64,000 bases of DNA from Mytilus trossulus. Taxonomy: Eukaryota. The translations under genes were made by a program, and so were the position numbers. Positions 25,561 through 37,983 of the stretch are shown piece after piece; the first letter of the stretch is position 1; every line of letters begins with the position of its first letter. Location of the stretch: contig NC_086383.1 in the NCBI RefSeq assembly GCF_036588685.1, positions 60,760,001 through 60,824,000 of the forward strand, in the 5' to 3' direction. Below the pieces are notes generated by a model that ran no database searches, had not been told where the DNA came from, and saw nothing but the letters and a program-made list of their open reading frames with translations.

Positions 25561-26811
25561 GTCGAGAAGCGATCATCTTTAACATTGCCAAATACTTCAC
25601 ATGTAGCGCGCTCTAGATTTTCTATATACATTTTCTTGATTAAAAAAAAAAGATTTTCTAATAGTTATATGGAATATGTTGGGATTTTCACATGACGAAG
25701 AACTGGTAAAAGAAAACATTTGACTAATGCTACGACATCGTAAAACTGCTTTACTCTGTGCTTTATTGATGAGTATTGTGTAGATGAAGCCATACGCCTT
25801 TCGTGGAAAATAATGAGCCTGCAATCCTCGTACATGTCGTAGTGGTATTCTTATGTTAAAATCATAATGGGCACTGCAATATTTTAAAACGGAGACGATG
25901 ACCATGAAACTAAACAGAAAATGTAGTATCCACATGAAACCAACACGATGAATGTATCTATAATAGACTTTCGGATGTTAAATGACACAACTTAATAATG
26001 AGAGATTGACCTACACACAACTTGTCAGTCATTCATTGAATAATGCAAATAAAGGCATGTGATAGCTAAGATCATGAACAGATATAATTGAAGACAACAT
26101 TTAAATTGTGTTTCAGATAAATAAATCGGTTGATGATTACGAATCAGTTCGAAGGTATTATATAGTGATAGGTCTTCATTTGAACAAAGATATAAAACAG
26201 TGTATATCATATCATAATGACACAATAAAATCAAAACATTCTAAGATACCTCGTTTTAAAATTTTAAACATTTTTAGAAAAACCCCAAAAAATAATTTAA
26301 TCGGGTAATGTCAAATATACATTTACGATCAAACCTGTATTTTTCGTCGGACATACAAATGTATGTCCTCAATTAAAAAATGACATCTTGACGAAAATTT
26401 TAATTTGTTCTTTTTGTAAGTCAACACAAACTTCTACTGAGATCATGACTTTTCTTAGGGATCCTCTTTGTTATATTTTTTTTTTTTATCTGATTGCATA
26501 TTTTGCCAAAATATGAATAAACATGTAGAAAATTTTAACTTCGCTGACCATTTAGATTTTTTGTTTACATTTTGTTTTGCAAATAATTTTAATTGGTATC
26601 TTATAGATTATGAATCCACAGTAGATACAACAAGAATACCTACATTTAATTTTTGGTTTTGTCAGGTGTGTTTTCTATAACCCTGAAATATATTTGCATC
26701 GCCATTTCAAACCGTTCAGTCATTATTTATGCCATTACCTGTTATTTTGCATTATTTATTGGATTTGTTTATATTATTATTTTTGATTGTAAGCATAACA
26801 TACTATTGCAG

Positions 26812-26894
26812 ATTCTTTATGAATATGGAATCAAAATCGTCGGGGGAAGACATTGACAGCACCAGCTCGAATGAAAACATCATAAAAGATTTTG
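26812..26894 (+). CDS. 83-nt exon of the GVIN-like gene (KFFMNMESKSSGEDIDSTSSNENIIKDF, phase 2 in, phase 1 out)
   Basis: Acceptor tactattgcag, donor G|gtattt. Supplies exactly the phase change needed between the flanking exons. Confidence 0.7.
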
Positions 26895-27770
26895 GTATTT
26901 ATAATTTTGATGACTTACTTTTAATTCAATGTTTTTGTTTGGTGGAGCGTTTTTATTGTTGCGTCTAAATTAGTTTTTACTGATGGATATTCATTAGTAA
27001 ACCTGTAATGTTGATAGCAACAAAATTTATTTAATCTATTGTTGTTTTGATTGGTTCTCCCACGAAGAAGGGCTGTTATTACTCTCTTATAAATTGTTTA
27101 GTATTTCATTATAATGGAATTATTCGTTATTCTATACTTGTCGAATGAGTTGTTTTTGTTTTTTGAATGAGCTTCTCAAGAAAAATTAGTTAAAACTACA
27201 CTTTTCGCTTACTCCACGTTGGTGATTTGAAATACATTCTTTATTGACTATAGGATCAATGCAACTTTCTTCTTTTATTTGAGATAGAGAAAAGCACACA
27301 TACATTCTATTCTGCCTCATCTACTATTTTTTTCTTTTTTTTTTTTACTAAATTCCTACTGAAAAAAAAATGTGGCAAGATTGTCAATGAGAAAATTGTC
27401 CACAATACTAAAAAAAAAGTAGAAATCCCTTCTTCACCACATGACATTCAATAATGATTCAAAGCAAAACCATCCACATAGTTATCTTTATTGGTACACG
27501 AGAACAATTCAATCGCTAATACAAATAATAATAACCAAACAAGAGAAGTCGTTTTATCAATGTTTATTTTTCGCCGCAAGATCATGATGATGTGAGATCC
27601 TATATATCGTGATAGTCATATACATATATATATGTGTGTAGCTTTATCTTAAGGACATTTAATTTTATGTTACAAGAATACATGAGCCCGGACACATTTT
27701 TTTGCTTTGTAATACAAATTAAGATTTAGGAATAGGAGTTTGTATTTTATGCATGCTTATTTGTTTTCAG

Positions 27771-27860
27771 AGGTTACAATTCCTCCTCGACTTACCGATG
27801 ATCTGAGTGGTGTTTGTTTTGAAATTCCAAATTCAAATGAAACTCGTAGCACTCGATCAG
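27771..27860 (+). CDS. 90-nt exon of the GVIN-like gene (EVTIPPRLTDDLSGVCFEIPNSNETRSTRS, phase 1/1)
   Basis: Acceptor ttgttttcag, donor CAG|gtattt; open in phase 1. Confidence 0.75.
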
Positions 27861-27917
27861 GTATTTTAGCATGTTAATTGTTACAACCTACATTGTATAC
27901 ACTGCTATATGTTCAAA

Positions 27918-28388
27918 AGTTTTGTATGCCCCACTTACGATAGTAGAGGGGTATTATATTTTCTGGTCTGTAGGATCGTCCTTCCATCCGTCCGTCCGTT
28001 ATTCCGCCCGTCCGTCTTCTAGTCCGTCTGTCTGTCCCGCTTCAGGTTTTTGGTCAAAGTAGTTTTTGATTAAGTTGAAGTCCAATCAATTTGAAAGTTA
28101 GTACACATGTTCCCTATCTTATGATCCGTCTAAGTACGATGCAAAATTACAATGTTGACCCCAGTTTTCCAGTCAACTGAACATAGCAAATGATAGTGCG
28201 ATTTCCAGGTGAAAGGTTTTTGTCAAGGTATTTGGAGTCCAATCAACTTCAAACTTAGAACACATGTGCTAAACCTTTATGACTTGAAAGCCAAATTAGA
28301 TTTTTGACCCAAATTTCATTGTTCACTGAACATAGAAAATTATAGTGCGATCGGAGCATTCGTGTTCTTTGGACACATTCTGGTTTTC
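27918..28388 (+). mobile_element. HINE/Helentron-like non-autonomous element
   Basis: TTTTGTATGCCCCAC...GGGGTATTA start, (CCGT)n microsatellite, two ~150-bp internal repeats, terminal GTGTTC-TTT-GGACAC hairpin before a T-run. Confidence 0.6.
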
Positions 28389-30010
28389 AATTATATTTTA
28401 CTATTTTATTTTTCGAGGTCAAACTCATAAAAAAACACGTCTTTTCCAATTGTTTGAACGCAAAACAGATCATTGTTATATTGGTTATTACATAAACCAA
28501 CTGTTATAAGGTTTTCATGCCGTGAATTATATCAATTTACTTTGTTAGTTTCATAGATTGATTTGTCATGAAGGTGAAAAAAGGAACCGGGAGAGAATTT
28601 GACTAATTCTTATGCTCGAGCAAGGATTTTGCTTCATTATGTCGTCTGCATTTCTTATTTCAGAAAATCATTAAGCTATTTTTGTTTTACTCATGTGACA
28701 TTAAGGCCTGGTTTTGGCACAAGAAAATAAAATAAAAGATAACTTTTTTTCAAATTGGCATATAATGTTTAGAAATGCAGAGGGTCAAGAAGTATCAATG
28801 AAAAACTTTAAAACTATTATGTGATGACGTCACAATTAGGTCAATAATATGTTATGTTTTCACAAAAACGATGAAAAATACAAAATTTATGCAGTTTTCT
28901 ATCTTTATTTCTCTTGTGGAAATATAGTGCGCAGCAAAGAAACAACAAAATAATTTAACAGCAGCTTTATCATAACTATTCACAAAATCTCACCAAATGT
29001 TGATGGAAAACGAGGAAAATTACGAAATTTTACAAAATATGCAAATTGAGTCATGATTTGTTGCCATGGCAATGTCCAAAATTGATTTGTTTTTTCTGAA
29101 TACCTTTCACACTTTTCAGTAATTTAAAAATGTGTATGATAACTTTCAAATTTGCGATAATTTTTGGGTCAAATACGGGCCTTATTGCCCCTACTCCTTT
29201 GCTCGTTGAAACTTGATAAGCTTATGAAGTCTCACAAACAAAGTTTTGAGATTCATTGTTTTTGATCAGTTCTTCTTATTTAACTTATTTTTGGTATTCT
29301 GTATCTGTTTTCTTTTCTTTTTGGACCGCCGTTTTAAAAATGAATTTGTCCGCAGCGATTCTCCAAAAGCGCTTGTCAGATTTACTGAGGGTTTTATAAA
29401 ATGTAGACTAGCATGTCAAGGGTAGTCTTCAATCTTTTGTTTGTGCTTTGTGATTCCCTGCCTGTTTGATTACTCTTTAGCGGTCAAGTTCAACACCCCT
29501 AAACTATATATATATTCTTGTATTGGACAAAAAAATTAAATGAAATGAAATGCGAGTTCCCTGGGGTCACTGAAATCCCGCCTTTTGAGAATTTGTAGTC
29601 GTTCGAGATCCCCACCTTAAACCAAATATGTTCCTGCTCGTCATTTCATGAAGCGTTGAATGTGTTCAGGGTCAATCTCTATGCGTCGCTTATGCATATC
29701 ACTTCAATAGACCAAACCAATTTTGTGCAATATCAAGCGACCATGGGAATGACGAATTATGGGACCTTGGTTTGCGAGACTTTTTTTTTTTATTAAACTC
29801 CTCTGTTACATTTGTTCTTGCATACACTGATGAGCATAAATTATCTATCTATTTAGGCCGTTAATCTGAATAACATTACATTTGTTGTCTTGACAATTCA
29901 TATCTTGACCTCCAATTAGGTCAATTGTAAATTATTTTCTCTTCCCTTGACAAAATACCAAGAGACTTATGCAATGCCTAGATATCTGATTGTTTAAATA
30001 TTTCTTACAG

Positions 30011-33000
30011 ATCAGGCAGAACTGTCGCATGATGGTCCATTAACAGAAACTCATTATAATGTAGCACGCAAAGACTACATGCTTAACATGTTAAAAGAAC
30101 TTCAATTGGAAGAATTTTATCCTTCACAAATTTCACTACCAATGATAAATGAAATCGTTGGAAAACCTCCTGATGAAGAAGTGACTATAGAATCTATTCC
30201 TTGGTTGTTACTCAGAAAATTCATGAATCTTAACTACGAGGGAAGGGAAGCAGATTTGAACGCTCTCTATGGATGTCATGACGATGAACACGACGATTTT
30301 TCTTTTGACAGACCTGACAAAACTGTCATATCTTTGCATCCGTTAGATGTCTTTTTTCTTACTTTTCTATGTTGTGACCCAATTCTACAACAAGAACTTG
30401 TATCTAAAATGTTTTTCTGTCGACTTGCTGTACCATTTATTTATCGCACTCTGGAAGACAAACTCATAATGTCGAAGTGGGCAATTCGAAAGATTGTCAT
30501 TAATAGAAAAAAGGATGGAGAATGGGTAGAGGAAGATGCACTGTCTCAGGATATTAAAATAGTTACTTTCCTTAGAATCGGACCTTCGACACATGACACT
30601 GTTTCCAAATCAAACATGATTAACGAAATTCTATCAAATCAAAAGCATCCTACATTTTTTAATAAAAAAACTTGCATGTCATTCGAAACCGAGAAACTAA
30701 TAACTAAAGGAATGGTTGAGGCCTCATGGTTTATACCCTCTAATAGCGATTCAGCAAATGTTTCCCAGGACGTGGTTATGTTTTTGAACTTGAGAGGCAA
30801 CTGTTTGCACTACGAGGAGGAGGTCAGAACTGTATCGTCCATTTCAGATGTAGTCATTGTTCTAATAAATGTCAACAGTCTTGATGAACCAAAAATTGTC
30901 CTAAACCTTAAAAAGATACATTCGCTTGATAAGTGTATAATTTATGGTATCGAGATCAAAAACGAAGAGACTGGGGACAAAAAGAAAGTTAAATGTTTCA
31001 AGGACCAATTTATGTTAAATAACGAGAACACAATCAAAGTAGGAGGAAAATTAGACTTAGCCATCGCTCAGCGCTTTCAACGAAGAATACGAAAGTTTTT
31101 ATTGAATTCAAAGGCAAAAAAGTTTGCAAAAGTGATATCAGGTATCAACTTTGGCGATGACCATTTTTCCATTGAAGGCTATACAATGTCTAAAGACATA
31201 ATTAATTTTATAAACAAACAACCTGACAAATGCACACTTTTCCCACTACAAGACAATATATGGAAAGAATTATGCATTTGTACGAAATCATTATTTCGAT
31301 CAAAGTCAGAAAAAGATCAAAATGAATGGAAAAATGTTGAAAAAGAACTTGAGAAGAAACAATTTGATTTGATTGAAAAAAGTGAAACCTTGCAGCAATT
31401 TACACGCAACATGCTCAGTACAGCCAAACTAAAAGAAAGTTATAACGAAAACCGGTTTTTCATAGCATGGATGAAAACTTTTATGGATGAAAGGTTAAGA
31501 TCTAATCAAAAATATAATCAGAAACCCTTAAGTTTTAAATTCACACAGTGCTATGATCATTTGATACGAGAAATGGGTCAGGTATTTTCAATTCAGATTC
31601 AGGACACATTTGAACGCAAAAATACAAACAGAATGGAGGTTGGCATATTTCCAAAGTTTGTAAGCAACATGCTACAGTTTGGTTTTCCATTTGAGTTGAT
31701 GGACGGAGACACAGGTATGGTGCCATTGCAGTGGGTAGAAGCCGTTCTGAAGCAATTGAAAGAAGATATCGGTGATCCAAACGTATATGTTATATCTGTA
31801 CTTGGTATTCAAAGTTCTGGAAAGTCTACTCTTCTAAATACTATGTTTGGACTCCACTTTGCCGTCAGCGCTGGAAGATGTACTCGTGGTGTATTTATGC
31901 AGTTGATCAGAGTTACAGACGAAACCTTACCATTCAATTATTTACTTATTCTTGACACAGAAGGTATCCGCGGTTCTTTGAATGATCAGCCTAGGCTTGT
32001 TTTTGAAAATGAACTTGCTACGTTTGCAATTGGTCTCGGCAATATCACTATATTGAACATCAAAGGTGAAAATACCTCTGAAATAGAAAATTTCCTTCAA
32101 ATTGCCGTCCATGCTTGCTTAAGACTAAAGATGGTAAACAAAAGTTTAAAAATGCAACAAAGATGCGTATTTGTACACCAAAATGTGGATGCCAATGATG
32201 CAGACCACAGATTGAAAGACGATAGAGACAAACTTATGCATAGATTAGACGAAATGGTCAAAGATGCTGCTCTCGCTGAAGATCTTTCTGACATTTCCTC
32301 ATTTAATCAAGTTATTGGAATAGAACCCGAGTCGGACGTGCGGTATTTCCCCAACTTATGGCAAGGAGAACCTCCGATGGCGACTATTACATTAGGTTAT
32401 AGTAAAAAGGTAGCACTTTTAAAACACCACATATTACATCAAATCGCAAAATCACATGGAACAAGTTATTCTATTACAGACACAATCATCAGAATTGGAG
32501 ATTTTTGTCGCGGAATAATTGCAGAGGATTTTGTGTTTAGTTTCCGAAACAGTCTTGAAATTAAAGTGTATAGAGAAATGGAATTTAATTTTCAAAGTCT
32601 TACATGGAAGCTCGAATGTGAAGCTGAAGAATTCATCTATACCGAAGTAAGAAAAAGTATAGCTTGTTCAGAAAGGGAAAAGATGGATTCTGTTTGCGAA
32701 AAGAACACCGAAGAACTAAAGATCTATTTAACAGAAAAGTTTTCTATGGCAGAGTGGGAATTTAAAGATTTTGTTAACAAACACAGACTGAAAAATATAA
32801 TGGAGCAGTATACAGAAAGAAGAATTTTAGAAATTCAAGATCTGAAAAGACTACTCATACAGAAAGGAACAAATGATATACAGCTTCTTAAATCGTGTCA
32901 TCAGTTTTCTTTGGATCAAATTTCAAAAGTGACAAGATATAAAAAAGAACTAAAAGAAAAAGCTCAAATGTATGTTGCCAAATGTAAAGCAAATGCGTTA

Positions 33001-34722
33001 TCAGATAAAGACACGGATTCACTTTTTGATGAAATATGGAATAATTGGTTAATAGGCATCGATTCAAATAATGACGAAAACCCGTTGCGAGTTAAAGAGA
33101 TCATTGACCAAATCCTATCTGATGCGTTAAAAGCGGAGAAACCACTGTTATGTGAAGAAACACAAAAAATTCAGCATTTTCGGGATAAATATCGGGATAT
33201 GAATGCACTGGCGGATAGTGTAGGATTGGACCAGCTTCAAGATGATCATATCACATGGGCATTGTCACCGGGCGATGATCAGATAAAATATGTAGTTTTG
33301 ATGAAATATAAGATGAGAGCTCGCTTCACAATCAACATCATTATGAGAAACATTGATAATTATATTTCTTCATTACGTGAGGAATATCGCCAATTCAAAG
33401 ATACTTATGCCAAAAAAGTGTTTTGGATTTTGATGGAAAGCCTGGATAAAAACAATTCCAACACAAATAGCTCTTTTATGCTGTCAAAGGCACTTCGTGC
33501 AAAACTAGCGGTGCATATCAAAATGTATATAGTGAAAGTTTTTACTAAAATGAATGACGAATGGCAGGACAAAAATGATATAAAAAAACAAATGCAATCT
33601 GAAAAAGAAACATTTTCAGAATATTTTAAAAGCTTAGTAAAAGACCAAGCAACAGAGGTGAGGATGGTACAACTTTTTTTAAGAAATATAGAACGATTTA
33701 TTATCGAAACCGTTTCACATGAATTACCTAACGATGTTGTACAAAGTATCATACCTGACACCTTCAATACAAAGTATAGCCTTATGATAGCTATAATGAC
33801 AAATCTTGTTAATAAAGCCGATTTTAATGAATTTATGCAATATATTGACGACAGTAGTTCATATGCCCTCAATTGGCTGACAACGTATATTAACGGAGAA
33901 ATATTTACTAAAAATGGGCAAGACAATCAATATACAACATTAGCCGAGTCTTCCATTAGTAGAATCTGTATGAAGATAAAAAAAATCATGTCAACTGAGG
34001 TCATCAAAACCAGTGATAATAAAAAAACCGGTATGTCTGTATGGTGCACTATATTTGAGGAGAATCTTAAAGATTCCTACACGGTCACAAAGGGTACTTT
34101 TCTTACAGATATAGGTGACGAATGCGTAGACGTGTGTAATTTCAAAGAACTTATATTCAACGAGTTGGATAAAGTTGAAAAGAAAGTTAAAAATCGTTTC
34201 AAATCAGAGGTTGCTGAACACGTCAAATGGACAAAATCACCATATCAAAAAGTGTTCGATCATTTATGGGGATGCACTGCGAAGTGCCCTTTTTGCAAAG
34301 AAATCTGTCAGAGAAAATATAACCACACAGGAGAGGCGCATTCCTGTATTCAACACAGACCTCCAGGTGTGATTGGTATACGGCAGACACAAACTCACAT
34401 GATGGCATGGATGTGTTGCAATCGTTTAGTATCCTCAGATAAAACCTTTCGTTGTAATGCAATTGATACGATATTGAGATGTCAAAAATCTGGGAAGGAC
34501 GGATTAAACTGTTTACATCAGTACAGGAAATATAAAGAAGTAATATCTGATTGGATGATTGAGCCATTTTCTCTCGCTGAACCTCCAAAATACTGGAGTT
34601 GGTTCCTTTCAAAATTTCAAAAAGATCTTTGTGACAGATATGGTTATGAAGCATTCAAACATCAAGACACATGGAAGGAGATAACTGCAGATGAAGCAAT
34701 TAAGTCCCTTAACGAAAAGTAA
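30011..34722 (+). CDS. GVIN1: Terminal exon encoding an interferon-induced very large GTPase 1-like protein (GVIN1/VLIG/URGCP family)
   Basis: 1547-aa ORF (30079-34722) extends upstream in frame to acceptor tttcttacag|30011. VLIG-type G domain: G1 GIQSSGKSTLLNTMFG, AVSAGRCTRG, G3 LDTEG, FVHQNV. N-terminal HPLD...CCDPILQQELVSKMFFCRLAVPF block; C-terminal WGCTAKCPFCKEIC..H..H...HRP Cys/His cluster. The symbol denotes family, not proven orthology. Confidence 0.95.
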
Positions 34723-35016
34723 AAACGCAGTAAGATATAAAAAGAAAAGATGTTAGCCTAGGAATAATTATCACTGCAAAATTATGCGTTAAAAGGTCAA
34801 GATAAGAACGTCTTAAATCTAAACTATTGGTTTTGTTATTATGATTAATATGTCAGTGGCGATAAAACTTGAACGATAAATTATTCTGTTGACAAACATT
34901 TTATACATTATAAACCATACACTTCAGTCAACAATAACATATACACTTTGAACATATTGTGTTAAATTTCAGGTAACAATTTTAAAAGTTAATTGTAAAA
35001 TAACTGTTTTCCTACA

Positions 35017-35033
35017 AATAAAAGCAAATAAAA
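35017..35033 (+). terminator. Candidate polyadenylation signals (two AATAAA) of the GVIN-like gene
   Basis: AATAAA twice about 300 nt after the stop codon, followed by T/GT-rich sequence. Confidence 0.4.
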
Positions 35034-37983
35034 TAGCAATAATTGTTTGTATTCTAGGAACTGTTTTATAATCTGAAAATATATAAATGTATCTATGAAA
35101 TGTTCTTTTTTTGCATTTACGATTTTTCAGTATATCTGTCAATTGATTACTTGAAGTTAAGCTTGTAAAATCACAAAAATACTTAAATCCGAGGAAACTT
35201 TCAAAACGGAAAGTTCTTTATCAAATGGCAAAATTAAAGTCTAACACATCAAACGAACGAACAAGAACTGTCACTTAGTACAGGCAACTTCGAATGTAGA
35301 ATATGGTGGATCAAACCGGGTTGTATAGCTAGCTAAACCTTTCACTTATATGATATACAAGTAAGATCTACAAATAAATTAAGCTTTGCCAAAATTGTCA
35401 TTTGGTTCAATATGTCCTTTACTAGTCAATTTTTAACAATTATTTTGTAACTTTTGGTATTTAAAAAAAAACCTTCTTTGCATTTACTTGGTTAAACATG
35501 TTAAATATAAACAAACTTGGCCACAATTTATTAAGAGTGTTAAGTTTAATAATGTTACCCATGAACCCGCCTGTCAACAAAGATTGCCGACATAGCTAAA
35601 ATTAGAACATGCAAGTGTTGTCTATAACTCTGAAAACCGTCGAAATAGTAAGAAATCTGGAAGGGTAAAATTGTTCAGAATGATGCGCTATACCAATTAT
35701 CCATATTCTGTAAATGCAATTATTTCGCAACCGATTTATTTTTGCAATTTGCTCGAGTGAAAAAATATTACAAATATAAATCGTCGCGAATATGTCTACA
35801 TCTAGTTAATTACAAAATCGCGAAATAAAACACCTGCGGAGTGTACTAGAAATAGTAAAACGCGAAATAAAGTACCCTTGAAACATTAAGTTATTTTACA
35901 ATACGTCAACAATTGTCAGACAATTTCTCGTAGGAGTTATTGCCCTTTATTTTACCACTTCTTAGTGTTTTGCCTTTTATCTTGAAAACTATGATAGATA
36001 GATATAAAACAGCAAGTATAATCAGGAGACTCTGTAGAGGAACCCTCTTTTGTGTTTGGTGCAAAGGTAAATAAGATTATGAAGACAGATAGCAACCAAA
36101 ACAGACGTCAATGATTAGCAGTACGAGATTAGAAAACAAACACTCCAGAGTTTTTGTCCATAATGCTATTCTTGTCTACAATGTTTGAGAGTGTTGTTTA
36201 ATAAGCATTTAGATCAAGGTGAGCAACAAAGTCTCTTGTTAACCTCTAGTTTAATATAGTTTTTTTTATACAGTTTTTATTGATTTGTACATATGCGCAT
36301 CCCTTCCTGAATACTAGATGTAATTGTACAGGAAAACGGGTTGTTGACCATTTTTCTGACGAATAAATTGCACTTTGTCTTATAACTTCTTTTCATCTTA
36401 AGTTTTCGTTTCAACGGAACATACAGCATGCATACTTTTCTTAAATGGAATATGCAATATTCATCCAAATTGGGAAATACTGACCATTAAAATTAATGCC
36501 AAATGTCACGAGACGGTAACCAAATAACAACATAAAGTGTTGCGTCAAAACACAGGACATTAACAGCTGAAAGAGAGGTGAACGAGTCCAAATGTATATT
36601 CAAACTCACAAGTCAGAAACAAACTAAAAATGCCATGCAAAAAACGAAAAACGACAAAAAGATAAACAGTATTAAAGAAAACAAAAAATGGAAATATGAA
36701 GACTGAACAACACGAACTCTTCTAAGCACTTGGAGACCTCAGATGTTCCAGAAGGGTAAGCAGATCCTGCTCCACATGTGACGCCCGTCGTATTCTTAAG
36801 AAATTACAAAACAATGGTAAGTCTAGTTCGGTAGGTTACAATCTTGAAAAGAGGTCAGGATTGTGGTCACCGTTTTTGGAAGATATCACTTGACATCTGT
36901 TAATCTGATTTTCCATAACAGTCAACTAACTCGTAATGTTGGCCGTTAATTTTTCGAATTGATGATTTAAACGTCAACACCTACAGCTAGGTATAATCCT
37001 TGTCCATGTTGTCCAAAATATTCTTTTTATCATCGTTTTGAACACGCATAAACTGTTTGCCACTGAACATTTAGCAACCAATTAATCCTTTTCTTTTGAC
37101 TTTGTAACATTTCACTAACATCGATATCATTTTGGTTTTCCGTTATGTCAAACATGTGTCGCAGATGACAATATATATGTACAATTTGTCGTCAATATAA
37201 AAACGAAGATGTGGTATGATTGCCAATTAGACAACTCTCCTATTAAAGACTAAAATGACATAGAAATTAACAGCTATAGGTGACCGTTGCCTTCAACAAT
37301 GAGCAAAGCCTATACGGAATAGTCAGCTATAAAAGGCCCCGAAATTACAATGTAAAACAATCTAAACAAAAAAAGGAGCGGCCTCATTTATATGAAAAAA
37401 CGAATAATTAACAGAAAAAAAAAAACGACAACCACTGAATTGCAGATTCCTGAACAACAATCTGCTGATTTTACATCGTCGGCAACAGATGCAACTAATT
37501 TCCGTCTTCTAACTTGCAATTTTTCACATAATGTGAATTTTTAACTTTTGTCAGGAACTGACTACTCTACGATTCACTTGAGCAAGACGTTGTTTGGTTT
37601 GTGTTGCTCAATTTTTAGTTTACTTGAGTGAACTATTCTTGTTCTTGTTGTGTTGGAGGATTTTCATTACAAATAAGACGATGTGGTATTAGTTCCAATG
37701 AGAAAACTCTCCATCCAAGTTTCAACATATAAAAAAAACCAATTACAGGTCCCCCTGCGCGGTCTTTTACACGAATCCTTGATTGAGACAAAACAGCAAG
37801 CTACAAAGGGTCCCAACAATGACCGAATATGTAAAAAATACCAACGGGGAAACCAATGGCCTAACTTAATAAAAAACAAGAAATGATAAACACGTACATG
37901 GCGTATGAACCTCGTTAACAAACAACAACTATTGAACAACAAGCTCTGGACTTAAAACATGTGGATAAAACGCAGGGGGCTTA

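Noticed and set aside
30385-34654. Antisense and alternative-frame ORFs within the GVIN exon
   Set aside because: Shadow ORFs with no recognisable motifs.
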